Part shown: in pieces, positions 8,964 through 17,454 of the stretch
Position numbering within the stretch: position 1 is the stretch's first letter
How the letters are laid out: each line of letters starts with the position of its first letter
Source: Bacteroidia bacterium
Lineage (GTDB): Bacteria; Bacteroidota; Bacteroidia; SpSt-205
Direction of reading: 5' to 3'
NCBI GenBank assembly: GCA_025060275.1
Contig: JANXCJ010000002.1
Coordinates: 1-33,007 of the forward strand
DNA: 33,007 bases
Translations under genes and position numbers: made by a program
The notes under the pieces: model-generated
The model's database searches: none
Told to the model about the DNA's origin: nothing
What the model saw: the letters and a program-made list of their open reading frames with translations, nothing else

Positions 8964-9822
8964 TGAGGCCGTCATCTCCAGCCGAAACAAGTGTCTCTGG
9001 CGTAGTCCATAAAAGCGTATTCACGCTCCGTTTGTGTCCTTCTAAGGTAAGGCATTTCTCCCGATTGTAGGTGTCCCAGAGGTGAATGTACCTATCTCTA
9101 CCCCCACTAGCTAGAATGCGTCCTGCAGGATGCCATGCTAACCCTGTCAGAGTGAGATTGTGAGCTGGAGACTCCCAGAGAAGTTGCATTTGTATATCCC
9201 ATATCTTAAGCATACCAGAGCGCCCGCCGGTAGCCACAAAGGCGGATTGAGGAGAAACTTGAAGAGTGAAGACAAAATGGGGCTCTACCGAGATAGAACG
9301 CGTTACGCTCTTAGTTTCCCTGCTAATCTCATATACGTTTCCATCCCTACCTGCTGTAAGAAATCTCTCTTCTCTCAAAACCAGCACAAAGCCTCGCAAA
9401 CCTGCTGGTGTAACTTTGATACTTGCATAGGGCTCTGCCCGAGCTGTGTCCCAGAAGAGAAAATAGCCATCTCTGCCTGAGCTCCACCCTTCTACTTGCT
9501 GTGGATGAGAACTCAGACCAAAAACTGCACTTTGATGGGCTTGAATGGCTCTGATGACTTTACGCTGAGCCAAGTCTAAAACATATACTACTCCATTACT
9601 CTGCCCCACATAAAGCTGTTTATGTGAAGCCATCCAGTGAAGAGCATAAATTGCTGCTGGGGTATGGGCAATTGCTCTGACCTGCTTGCCACTTACACAG
9701 CGCCACTCTGCGATGAGCCCATCCGAGCCGCCAGAGTAAAGCACGTTCCTTTCGTAGTCACAGACTAAGGCATAAACAGGGCCACAATGTCCTGGTAGAT
9801 CCCAACTACCTAAAAGACGCAC
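8929..9822 (-). CDS. WD40-repeat beta-propeller protein, no signal peptide
   Basis: Repeated blades end in WD-like dipeptides (LIAEW, LKIWD, IHLWD, IKIWH) with GH-type starts. 297 aa, GTG start. Its 3' end overlaps dprA convergently by 35 nt. Confidence 0.8.
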   Translation of the reverse strand: MRLLGSWDLPGHCGPVYALVCDYERNVLYSGGSDGLIAEWRCVSGKQVRAIAHTPAAIYALHWMASHKQLYVGQSNGVVYVLDLAQRKVIRAIQAHQSAVFGLSSHPQQVEGWSSGRDGYFLFWDTARAEPYASIKVTPAGLRGFVLVLREERFLTAGRDGNVYEISRETKSVTRSISVEPHFVFTLQVSPQSAFVATGGRSGMLKIWDIQMQLLWESPAHNLTLTGLAWHPAGRILASGGRDRYIHLWDTYNREKCLTLEGHKRSVNTLLWTTPETLVSAGDDGLIKIWHLEGLPA

Positions 9823-10032
9823 ATGACATTAAACAATATCGAACGGTAGAGAGAGGACAAAGATTCTCGCCCCATACCGAACCCAAAAACCTTGAGCTGA
9901 GGGAAAGTGGTACAAGATTTCAGTGAAGACTCAGGGGGCATATTGGCGTGTTCTGTGGTAGGAAAGGAACACCAGACTCGGATTTTCTCCGTCCTAATTA
10001 GGCAGCTGCTACAAGCTGTTTCTCTCTCAAAC

Positions 10033-10206
10033 TTACTCCGTGTAAAATGTATAGAGGATATAACCCTTTTTCTGCGCGAGCCTTTTTATCATGTCTGTGG
10101 TGGTGCCCGTGGTAGCACGTAATTGTTGGGTTAATTCTTGCATACTTACCTCTTCATTCGTACCTCAGAGGGCTTTGAAATAGTTTTCATCCGCAGGGCT
10201 CTGCAT
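10033..10206 (-). pseudogene. decayed remnant of a DtxR/MntR-family metalloregulator (N-terminal wHTH only, with an in-frame TGA)
   Basis: My translation: MQSPADENYFKAL*GTNEEVSMQELTQQLRATTGTTTDMIKRLAQKKGYILYTFYTE*. It parallels the MntR/DtxR N-terminus (EDYlk.Iy ... dIAe.L.v...sVT.M.kkL...GyI.Ye.Y). An in-frame TGA sits at 10165-10167, and the frame ends where the dimerisation domain should begin. Confidence 0.4.
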
Positions 10207-10253
10207 TTGAGCATATTAGGCCTATATAGCTTAGGCTGAGTGGGGTTATGGGA

Positions 10254-11078
10254 CTATACTTGGAGCTGTTCGCTTAGCTTCCTTGCTAGAAAGGCAGCGA
10301 TAGTGTTATTGCCTGTCCGAAAGGATTGTTTTTCTCCATGCACTCCCAATATAGGTGTAATTCCTTGGATGACATTTGTGGTGAAAACTTCTTCTGCACT
10401 GCATAAAAGGGAAAAAGGATATAAACCCTCCTCCACATGGATTCCCTCTGAGCGAGCTATGCGCAATATGTGATGACGCAGTATTCCTGCTATACAGCCG
10501 CTTCTCAGAGCAGGGGTGTGCAGTACTTTGCCATCCCAGAAAAATACATTAGCTCGGCTGGTTTCAGCTAAAAAGCCTTCTTTTGAGAGGATGATAGCAT
10601 CATCACAGCGATGGAGCTGCGCATAGGCGCTGGCTTGTACGTATCCTAATGCGCTTAGGGTCTTATAGGGGCTCCATGGAGTGTCTACAAGAAAAGGTAC
10701 AGGAAACTTTACGAGGCGCTGTGGATTATTGAAGGGGAAGGAAGTGAGAGAAAGGGAAGATACTTTGAGACTGATTTCTGCCCAGGGAGTGGGAGGTAGA
10801 TAAGTGCCCTCTCCTGCGCGATAAAGAATTACCTTAGCACGGGCGTGTAAGAAGGATGATGCTACTTGCTCTACTTGCTCAAAAAGACTTTCTAATCTAA
10901 GGGGAAGCTCTAAACCTATGGCGAGTGTGGCTTGATGAAGGCGCCTAAGATGATCAGAAGCAAATAGAATCCTTCCTTTGTAAATATGTAAAGTCTCAAA
11001 TACGCCGTCTCCAAACAGTTCAGCCCTCGTGAGAGGAAGTGTTTCTTGCCAGGAGCCACTCACATAACGAAGCCACAT
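10254..11078 (-). CDS. class IV aminotransferase-fold protein (aminodeoxychorismate lyase / PabC-like)
   Basis: GDGVFETL near the N-terminus, YKTLSALGYVQA (putative PLP lysine context) and EVFTTN near the C-terminus. 274 aa. Overlaps the upstream mqnB-like gene by 59 nt. Confidence 0.7.
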   Translation of the reverse strand: MWLRYVSGSWQETLPLTRAELFGDGVFETLHIYKGRILFASDHLRRLHQATLAIGLELPLRLESLFEQVEQVASSFLHARAKVILYRAGEGTYLPPTPWAEISLKVSSLSLTSFPFNNPQRLVKFPVPFLVDTPWSPYKTLSALGYVQASAYAQLHRCDDAIILSKEGFLAETSRANVFFWDGKVLHTPALRSGCIAGILRHHILRIARSEGIHVEEGLYPFSLLCSAEEVFTTNVIQGITPILGVHGEKQSFRTGNNTIAAFLARKLSEQLQV

Positions 11079-11679
11079 ATTTCTCAGAGAATTCAGTCAG
11101 TGCCTGTAATGCTTCTTCCAGCGCCCATTTCTTATCCCCTACTTTGTTGGAGATTACTCTAAATGAGAGGAATGGTATCTGATGGGTATTCGCAAAAAGG
11201 AAGTAAGCGGCATTTTCCTGCGTCTCTATATCAGCGTCGGGATAATTTCGCCTCCAAAACCTGGCTTCTTTGTAGCTACCACTCACGGTATTCAGGGTGA
11301 CCCCCCTTACTGAAGGCACTGCTAAAGGACACTCGCAAGCTCCCTTTAAACTTAGAGCGAAGTCTTCCCGTAATGTAGGATGGGTAGGAAAAAAAAATCT
11401 ACCTCTGCGCTTACCTAAATCTCCCCAGGTCTCTTGTACGACTGATACGAGCATAGGGGGCATTAGGTGTTTGGAGTAGCTTCCTGCAAGTCCCACTGCA
11501 ATAAGCGCTATAGGTTTTTCCTCCCTATGGTGCCAACCCCACAATGTGTGTAAGGTAGCTACGGCACCCACACCCGTGATTCTGAGGCTAAGAGAATTTT
11601 TTTCCTCTTTTCTGAGACCCTTTTGGAGGGCTGCTGCTTCTACTTTACTGGGGGTGAGAAGCCATACAACGGAATGCAC
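11020..11679 (-). CDS. mqnB: futalosine hydrolase-like nucleosidase (PNP_UDP_1 family, MqnB-like)
   Basis: ITGVGAVAT, VGLAGSY and TLNTVSGS motifs, then ETQENAAYF...FLSFRVISNKVGD (the MEGAA...RxISN pattern of MTAN/MqnB-type nucleosidases). GTG start 26 nt after the upstream gene. Confidence 0.55.
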   Translation of the reverse strand: MHSVVWLLTPSKVEAAALQKGLRKEEKNSLSLRITGVGAVATLHTLWGWHHREEKPIALIAVGLAGSYSKHLMPPMLVSVVQETWGDLGKRRGRFFFPTHPTLREDFALSLKGACECPLAVPSVRGVTLNTVSGSYKEARFWRRNYPDADIETQENAAYFLFANTHQIPFLSFRVISNKVGDKKWALEEALQALTEFSEKYVASLCEWLLARNTSSHEG

Positions 11680-11705
11680 AAGGGGAGTTTGTAGAAAAGA
11701 CCTTC

Positions 11706-12164
11706 CTAAGCGGGTTGGGGCAAGCGCTTATTCAAGAAGGCATATAGAAGGTCTGCATAGCTTGGGTGTCGAGCGGCTAATAGATGTACAGCGAGCAGGG
11801 CAGCAGCTTGGGTATCCTTAGGCAGGGTAAAGACTATGGGATAGCCCTGAACTGCTTCAAAGAGATTTTGAAGATATTCTAAGGAAACTTTCTCATCAGG
11901 GCAGGGAATTACCACGAGAGGTTGCTGGAATGTCAAAGAAGCACTAAGGACGGGTAATAAGTACGCACTACGACCTGCTGCCCAAATGCACACGCTTTGA
12001 CCTATACCTTCTACCACTTGCCGAAGAGCGGGAAGGGTAGGACTATGTGGAAGGCTTTCCTCTCTAAAAGAGATACCCATCTGAGAAAGAATAGATTGAA
12101 CCTCTTGGAGGGCACTGCGCTCCTTTAGCGTCTCATACAGGAGGACGATTTCTGTACGACTCAT
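11706..12164 (-). CDS. PurE-fold (AIR carboxylase family) protein with degenerate active-site motifs
   Basis: From ATG 12164: MSRTEIVLLYETLKERSALQEV...CIWAAGRSAYLLPVLSASLTFQQPLVVIPCP...QAAALLAVHLLAARHP. It aligns by eye along the whole of PurE. However, GSKSD, SAHR and AGGAAHLPG are replaced by YETLKE, LPHS and AAGRSAYLLP. The 71 codons upstream in the ORF track look non-coding. Confidence 0.6.
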   Translation of the reverse strand: MSRTEIVLLYETLKERSALQEVQSILSQMGISFREESLPHSPTLPALRQVVEGIGQSVCIWAAGRSAYLLPVLSASLTFQQPLVVIPCPDEKVSLEYLQNLFEAVQGYPIVFTLPKDTQAAALLAVHLLAARHPSYADLLYAFLNKRLPQPA

Positions 12165-12168
12165 AAGG

Positions 12169-12176
12169 CAAAAATA
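12169..12176 (-). promoter_or_regulatory. -7 promoter box TATTTTTG, 4 nt upstream of ATG 12164
   Basis: Minus strand reads TTTGTATTTTTGCCTTATG. Confidence 0.45.
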
Positions 12177-12204
12177 CAAAGAGACTTTGAAGGGGAGTAA
12201 GCTA

Positions 12205-13071
12205 ATGTACCTTTGTGATGTGCGAGCTGTGCGCTTGCCCCTATCGCATTCGTTATTTAGTGTGGTATTGGCTCTTTTTGTATTGGGCTTGTACGGGGTT
12301 TTTCTCCTTTTAGGGCAGCTAATACTTGAGGAGGCGCAAGCAGGATTAGAATATCGCATACACTTATATAACCCCATCGCTCAGGAGCAGGTAGAAGAGC
12401 TCCTAAGCTGGCTCCAGCGACAGAACCTTGTGCAGAAGGTAGAGTACATTTCTCCCGAACAGGCTATGGAGGGCTTCCGGAAAGTAGTCGGAGAAGAATT
12501 TGTCCGAGCTATGGAAGGCTTTAATCCCTTCCCACCTACTTTTCGTCTTACATTCAAGGGTGAAAAGGTTTCTTCTGATAGTGTGCTCGTTTTCACGCAA
12601 CGAGTTTTAGAGTGGGAGTCGGTAAAAGAAGTAGATTATCCTCGGCGCCTTTTGGAGATACTAGAAAAACGCGCTTCCACGCTGCGGTGGGTGGGATTAG
12701 GTGTAGGTATAATAATGGTAGGTATAACATTTCTTCTCATATTCAATACGGTGAGATTAGCCATTTTTGCGCGCAGGCTGGAGATTCGGACGATGGAGTT
12801 AGTAGGAGCTACTCGCTCTTATATTGAGAGACCTTTCGTGTTAGTGGGGCTTTTTCAAGGACTTGTAGGCGCAGTCCTGGCGATAGTTCTATTGCAGGGT
12901 GGCATGTGGCTCCTACATAAAAGCCTTTTTTCTCTCTCCTTTCTCTTAGAAGACTGGAGACTTCTAGGGTGGTATGGAGTCTTAGTAGTCTTTGGGGGAG
13001 TAGTGGGGTACCTTGCAAGCAAATTAGCTTTAAGGCGATTTTTGCATCAAACTCTGGATAAGCTCATATGA
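12205..13071 (+). CDS. ftsX: cell division permease-like protein FtsX
   Basis: FtsX topology: N-terminal TM (FSVVLALFVLGLYGVFLL), a periplasmic alpha/beta domain, and three C-terminal TMs with RLEIRTMELVGAT. Start ambiguous: TTG 12187, ATG 12205, or GTG 12220, the last favoured by the promoter box. Confidence 0.8.
   Translation: MYLCDVRAVRLPLSHSLFSVVLALFVLGLYGVFLLLGQLILEEAQAGLEYRIHLYNPIAQEQVEELLSWLQRQNLVQKVEYISPEQAMEGFRKVVGEEFVRAMEGFNPFPPTFRLTFKGEKVSSDSVLVFTQRVLEWESVKEVDYPRRLLEILEKRASTLRWVGLGVGIIMVGITFLLIFNTVRLAIFARRLEIRTMELVGATRSYIERPFVLVGLFQGLVGAVLAIVLLQGGMWLLHKSLFSLSFLLEDWRLLGWYGVLVVFGGVVGYLASKLALRRFLHQTLDKLI
12208..12215 (+). promoter_or_regulatory. -7 promoter box TACCTTTG, 4 nt upstream of in-frame GTG 12220 of ftsX
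   Basis: Plus strand reads TACCTTTGtgatGTG. The box overlaps the alternative ATG at 12205, so if the box is used the real start is GTG 12220. Confidence 0.4.
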
Positions 13072-13307
13072 GTAGTTTAGAGAAGAAAAGAGGGATTAAA
13101 GAGCCGGAGACTTCGGCTATGCCTTTCAGGAAGGGAAACTATAGACTCTTGATTATTGGAGTTTTGATTCTGCTTATGGGATATGCTTTATTATTGCAGC
13201 CTGCGCAGTTCGTAGATAGTCGGATGTTCTCTGCAGCCCTGTATATAGCTCCATGGGTAATCGTAGGGGGCTTTGGGATTCTTATTTATGCTATTCTTAA
13301 AAAATGA
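13068..13307 (+). CDS. DUF3098 family small membrane protein
   Basis: FRKGNYRLLIIGVLILLMGYALL plus a second TM. The position between ftsX and uppP is typical in Bacteroidota. ATGA overlaps at both ends. Confidence 0.8.
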   Translation: MSSLEKKRGIKEPETSAMPFRKGNYRLLIIGVLILLMGYALLLQPAQFVDSRMFSAALYIAPWVIVGGFGILIYAILKK

Positions 13308-14065
13308 CTCTGTGGGAAGCTATTCTTTTAGCAATTCTTGAGGGTATTACAGAGTTTCTTCCTGTCTCTTCTACGGGTCACATGATCTTGATGAGTTCGG
13401 CTTTGGGGCGTGCGGATGAAACTTTTGTAAAGGATTTTGAGATTATTATTCAGGGGGGAGCTATTTTGGCAGTTGTGGCCCATAGCTGGTCTCGCCTTTG
13501 GAAGCCTTGGCTTTATGTTCAACTGGGAGCTGCTTTCTTACCTACGGCGTTTATAGGCTTTTTAGCAAAGGATTTTGTGGAGAACCTATTGGGCTCACCC
13601 CATGTAGTGGCTATTAACCTAGTGGTGGGTGGCTTCATACTGATTTACATGGACAAATGGTTCAAGAGGAAAGGGGGTAGTATTGAGAATCTATCGTTAT
13701 ATCAAGCGTTCTTAATTGGAATTATTCAGAGCCTAAGTCTTCTGCCGGGTATTTCTCGGGCGGCAGCGGCTCTTTTTGGTGCTCAGCTAATGGGGCTTCA
13801 CAAGAGGGATGCAGCGGAATTCTCTTTTTTATTGGCTATACCTACGCTGGGCGCTGCTTCGGCATATAGGCTGTGGAAAAGTCCAGTAGCTCTTACCTCT
13901 GAGAACTTTCCTATTCTCTTTCTCGGCGTCCTAGTGGCTTTCATAGTAGCGCTGGGAGCGATGCGATTCTTAGTTTTCTCATGGCATAGGTATGGTTTAG
14001 CACCTTTTGGAGTGTATCGGATTGTGCTGGGGATATTGGTATTAGGATGGCTGGTGATATTTTAG
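13304..14065 (+). CDS. uppP: undecaprenyl-diphosphate phosphatase
   Basis: EGITEFLPVSSTGH and PGISRAAA (PGxSRSG-type) motifs of BacA/UppP. Confidence 0.9.
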   Translation: MTLWEAILLAILEGITEFLPVSSTGHMILMSSALGRADETFVKDFEIIIQGGAILAVVAHSWSRLWKPWLYVQLGAAFLPTAFIGFLAKDFVENLLGSPHVVAINLVVGGFILIYMDKWFKRKGGSIENLSLYQAFLIGIIQSLSLLPGISRAAAALFGAQLMGLHKRDAAEFSFLLAIPTLGAASAYRLWKSPVALTSENFPILFLGVLVAFIVALGAMRFLVFSWHRYGLAPFGVYRIVLGILVLGWLVIF

Positions 14066-14694
14066 CCATAGATAAACCCTATAGATGGACCTCCACCTAT
14101 ACAGTAGAGTGGGCGAAGCGAAGGTGGCAACTCCGAAAGGCAGGCCACGCTGGCACTTTAGACCCCCTTGCCACGGGGCTTCTTCTCGTAGCTGTGGAGG
14201 GCGCTACGAAGTATATTCCCCAGATACAGAGCCAGGAAAAAGAGTATTATGCGCTGATTATTTTAGGATATAAAACCCTCTCAGATGACTCAGAATATAT
14301 ACCTGAATTCATACGGGAGCCTCCTTATCTAAGTCCTGAGGAAAGAAAAGAGCTCATGAAGGAATTTACGGGGACGATTTTCCAGCGACCGCCTTCATTT
14401 TCTGCTGTCAAAGTCAAGGGGCACCGAGCTTATCACTTGGCTCGCAAGGGCATCATGGCAGAAATACCATTCCGTTCAGTAAATATCTACGAGATAGAAG
14501 AGATTTACTATGAATTTCCTCATCGCTGGCTTATTAGGGTAGTATGTGGCAAAGGAACTTACCTCAGGAGCTTAGCGAGAGACATAGGAGATAGATTGGG
14601 ATGTGGGGCTTACTTAGCGGCCCTGCGTAGAACTCGTATCGGTTCCTTTAGTGTGCAGAAAGCTATTCAGCCCGATGCAGTTACTCAAAGATAG
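14047..14694 (+). CDS. truB: tRNA pseudouridine(55) synthase
   Basis: KAGHAGTLDPLATGLL catalytic Asp motif, preceded by IDKPYRWTS. Confidence 0.9.
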   Translation: MAGDILAIDKPYRWTSTYTVEWAKRRWQLRKAGHAGTLDPLATGLLLVAVEGATKYIPQIQSQEKEYYALIILGYKTLSDDSEYIPEFIREPPYLSPEERKELMKEFTGTIFQRPPSFSAVKVKGHRAYHLARKGIMAEIPFRSVNIYEIEEIYYEFPHRWLIRVVCGKGTYLRSLARDIGDRLGCGAYLAALRRTRIGSFSVQKAIQPDAVTQR

Positions 14695-15592
14695 GGAGAA
14701 AGGGAGGGTGGGGGGTATTCTCACTTTGGGGACTTTTGATGGGGTTCATAGGGGACATAAAGCCCTTTTAGAAGCCTCTAAGGCATGGGCAAAAGAGATA
14801 GATACTTTTGTAGAGGTATGGCTTTACGAACCTCATCCTCGTACCATAGTGCGCGGTGAAACTCTACCTCTTCTTACTACCTTAGAGGAGAAAATTGCTC
14901 TTTTAGAGGAGAGTAATGTAGAAATCACTCGGGTAGTTTCCTTTACTTCGCATTTAGCTTCTTTATCTGCGGTGGATTTTTTGAATGAGTGGATATTGAG
15001 TTTGGCTTGTCCGAAGGGGGTAGTATTAGGCTATGATCATCGGTTTGGGAAGGGGCGTGAGGGATCAGCGGATATGCTGAGAAATCACGGAATCCCTGTC
15101 AGAGAAGTTGCACCTGTAATGGAGAATTCCGTTCCTATTAGCAGTTCGCATATTCGTCAGCTTTTAGGGGCAGGAGCGGTCTCTGAAGCCCAGAACTTAT
15201 TAGGATATCCTTATTCAGTGGGAGGGACTGTAAGGCTTGGCAGGAGAGAGGCACGGCATCTTGGCACTCCAACCGCTAATATCTTATGGCCAATACAAAA
15301 AGTGAGGCTCCCTGCTGGAGTATATGTAGGATGGGCTGTATTGAATCCTGCACACTCCTTGCCTGCAAGAGAGGGGATTCCCGCCTTGATTTATCTGCCT
15401 CCTGAGGGAGACTTAGAGGTGCATCTTCTATCGGCTGAGGGCGATTTTTATGGAAGCTACATACGAGTAGGATTTTTAGAGAAGCTACGTTCTTACAGAG
15501 AGTTCCAGGATAGAAAATCTTTAATTGAACAGATTGAGTTAGACTTGAATAAATCAAGAGATTTCTTTGGCATGAAAAAGGATGTGCTATAG
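14675..15592 (+). CDS. ribF: bifunctional riboflavin kinase / FAD synthetase
   Basis: LGTFDGVHRGH N-terminal motif, then PTANI and a C-terminal riboflavin kinase domain. I chose ATG 14675 within the ORF-track frame that opens at GTG 14651. Confidence 0.9.
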   Translation: MQLLKDREKGRVGGILTLGTFDGVHRGHKALLEASKAWAKEIDTFVEVWLYEPHPRTIVRGETLPLLTTLEEKIALLEESNVEITRVVSFTSHLASLSAVDFLNEWILSLACPKGVVLGYDHRFGKGREGSADMLRNHGIPVREVAPVMENSVPISSSHIRQLLGAGAVSEAQNLLGYPYSVGGTVRLGRREARHLGTPTANILWPIQKVRLPAGVYVGWAVLNPAHSLPAREGIPALIYLPPEGDLEVHLLSAEGDFYGSYIRVGFLEKLRSYREFQDRKSLIEQIELDLNKSRDFFGMKKDVL

Positions 15593-15647
15593 ATATGGTG
15601 TAGTGAGGCTTGGTATACTAAGGGGGATGTAATTGCGATGAATTATA

Positions 15648-17405
15648 TCACATTTTTTCAGGGATGGGAAGGGCTAAGACTTCCATCACGGTATGAATAG
15701 CTCGTAGGTATGTCGCCACTAACCCTAAGCGGAAGGAGCGCTGCGGCTCTTCGCTGGAGAGAACAGGTAGGAGCTGGTACATCTCGTTATAGCGTCTCGT
15801 GAGCTCGTATCCATAATGTGCTACGAGAGATGGGTTTAGGTTGTAAGTGGCGCTTTCTAAGAAAGAAGGGAGAGCATAAAGATATTGCAGAAGGGACTCT
15901 TCTATGGAGTGAAGCTCAGGAGGATATTCCGTGGTGAGAGGTGCTAAGCCCCGCTCCGCAGCTTTTTCTAATAATTTCTTAGCTCTGACATAGCCGTACT
16001 GGATAAAGGGTCCCGTGAATCCTTTTAGGTCTATGGATTCGGCAGGGTCAAAAACGATATTTTTCGCGGGGTCTACTCGTAAGAGATAGAATCGGATAGC
16101 AGCTTGTCCTACGGCTTCGGCGATAGCATGCCTCTCAGCTGTAGATAGTTCAGTATCAGTGAGCTCGTATGCACGTGCATGCATTTCATCCAGGAGATCA
16201 TCTGCATCTACTACTGTGCCCTCTCTTGTTTTCATTCGGCCAGAGGGCAGCTCTACCATGCCATATGAAAGATGATAAATCTTATCTGCATACTCCTTTC
16301 CAAGCTTTTTAAGGAGAGCTTTGAGAAGGTGCATATGATGATCCTGCTCATTTCCAATCACATATATAGACCGGGTGAGGGTAGGATACTCCCTATGTTT
16401 GATCTCAGCAGTCCCTAAATCCTGTGTGATATACACTGAAGTGCCATCTCGGCGGAGGAGAATTTTTTTGCCCAGCCCCTCAGGGGTTAGGTCTGCCCAT
16501 ACAGCGCCATCCTCTGATCGAAAGAAAATCCCTCTCCTGAGTGCCTCTTCGACAATTTCCTTGCCGCATTTATAAGTCTCTGACTCGTAGTATGTACGGT
16601 CAAATTTCACTGCCAGCCTCTGGAAGGTTGTTTCAAATCCCGCATATACCCATTCATTCATGGTACGCCATAAGGCGATGGTTTGGGTTTCTCCTGCTTC
16701 CCACGCCCGAAGTAAGGCTTGCGCTTCTTGGAATAGAGGAGCCTGCACGAGGGCTTCTGCTTCGGTCAGCCCTTTTGCGACGAGATTCTCTACCTCGGTG
16801 CGATAAGCTTTTTCAAAGGCTACGTAGCAATCACCCACGAAATGGTCCCCTTTTTTGCCAGCTTCTTGAGGTGTAAGAGGAGCGAAGAATCTCTTCCAGC
16901 CTAGCATAGACTTGCTTATGTGAATTCCCCTGTCATTCACTAAATTGGCGCGTACGACGCGAGCTCCTACTTGTTCCCAGAGCCGACTCACAGATTCTCC
17001 CAAGCATAGATTTCGCAGATGCCCCAGATGGAGAGGCTTGTTGGTATTAGGTGAGGGGTACTCCACCATGATATGTTCTCTTTCAGCTAGTCTTAGTTGT
17101 GTGTAGCCTGTGGTGGGATGGTGAAGGGCTTCACGCAGAAAATCCCCCCAGAATGTAGGTGTGAAGCTAATATTCAAGAATCCTTTTACAAGCTCTTGAC
17201 ATTGTACTACTCCAGAGAGGGGGGATAAGATTTTATTCACGATTTTTTGAGGGTCTTCTTTTTGTGCTTTCAAGAGGGGGAAAAGGTTGAGCGTGAGAGT
17301 CCCTCTCCGATTAGAAGGAGTGAGAGAGATGCGGGGGAGAGGGTCTATTTGTTCTTCCCTCCACGAGGCCTCCCACTTAGCTATTTGCTCATGCCAGAAA
17401 GGCAT
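15648..17405 (-). CDS. argS: arginine--tRNA ligase
   Basis: SPNTNKPLHLGHLRN (HIGH-type motif of ArgRS) and a DALR anticodon-binding-like C-terminus ending in M. 585 aa. Confidence 0.92.
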   Translation of the reverse strand: MPFWHEQIAKWEASWREEQIDPLPRISLTPSNRRGTLTLNLFPLLKAQKEDPQKIVNKILSPLSGVVQCQELVKGFLNISFTPTFWGDFLREALHHPTTGYTQLRLAEREHIMVEYPSPNTNKPLHLGHLRNLCLGESVSRLWEQVGARVVRANLVNDRGIHISKSMLGWKRFFAPLTPQEAGKKGDHFVGDCYVAFEKAYRTEVENLVAKGLTEAEALVQAPLFQEAQALLRAWEAGETQTIALWRTMNEWVYAGFETTFQRLAVKFDRTYYESETYKCGKEIVEEALRRGIFFRSEDGAVWADLTPEGLGKKILLRRDGTSVYITQDLGTAEIKHREYPTLTRSIYVIGNEQDHHMHLLKALLKKLGKEYADKIYHLSYGMVELPSGRMKTREGTVVDADDLLDEMHARAYELTDTELSTAERHAIAEAVGQAAIRFYLLRVDPAKNIVFDPAESIDLKGFTGPFIQYGYVRAKKLLEKAAERGLAPLTTEYPPELHSIEESLLQYLYALPSFLESATYNLNPSLVAHYGYELTRRYNEMYQLLPVLSSEEPQRSFRLGLVATYLRAIHTVMEVLALPIPEKM

Positions 17406-17410
17406 AGAGG

Positions 17411-17418
17411 CAAATTTG
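17411..17418 (-). promoter_or_regulatory. near-consensus -7 box CAAATTTG (one mismatch), 5 nt upstream of the argS ATG 17405
   Basis: Minus strand reads CAAATTTGCCTCTATG. The first base deviates from TAnnTTTG, but the spacing matches the other boxes. Confidence 0.3.
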
Positions 17419-17442
17419 CAATGTGCCTTGGTTTGTGCTTCC

Positions 17443-17450
17443 TATTTTTG
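17443..17450 (+). promoter_or_regulatory. -7 promoter box TATTTTTG, 4 nt upstream of the queA GTG 17455
   Basis: Plus strand reads TATTTTTGgtagGTG. The in-frame tag at 17452-17454 leaves GTG 17455 as the only start. Confidence 0.45.
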
Positions 17451-17454
17451 GTAG

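Noticed and set aside
9907-10122. 71-aa plus-strand ORF in the large gap
   Set aside because: It has no motifs or promoter box. The opposite strand carries the more interpretable DtxR-like remnant.
12165-12377. N-terminal 71-codon extension of the PurE-like ORF (ORF track 11706..12377)
   Set aside because: The extension (MGLYKCMRYSNPACASSSISCPKRRKT...) looks non-coding and overlaps the ftsX start region on the other strand. The PurE-fold alignment begins at ATG 12164, which is preceded by a -7 box.
15593-15647. Intrinsic terminator between the convergent ribF and argS genes
   Set aside because: I could not find a GC-rich inverted repeat followed by a T run on either strand. This is consistent with the general scarcity of canonical terminators in Bacteroidota, so no feature is called.
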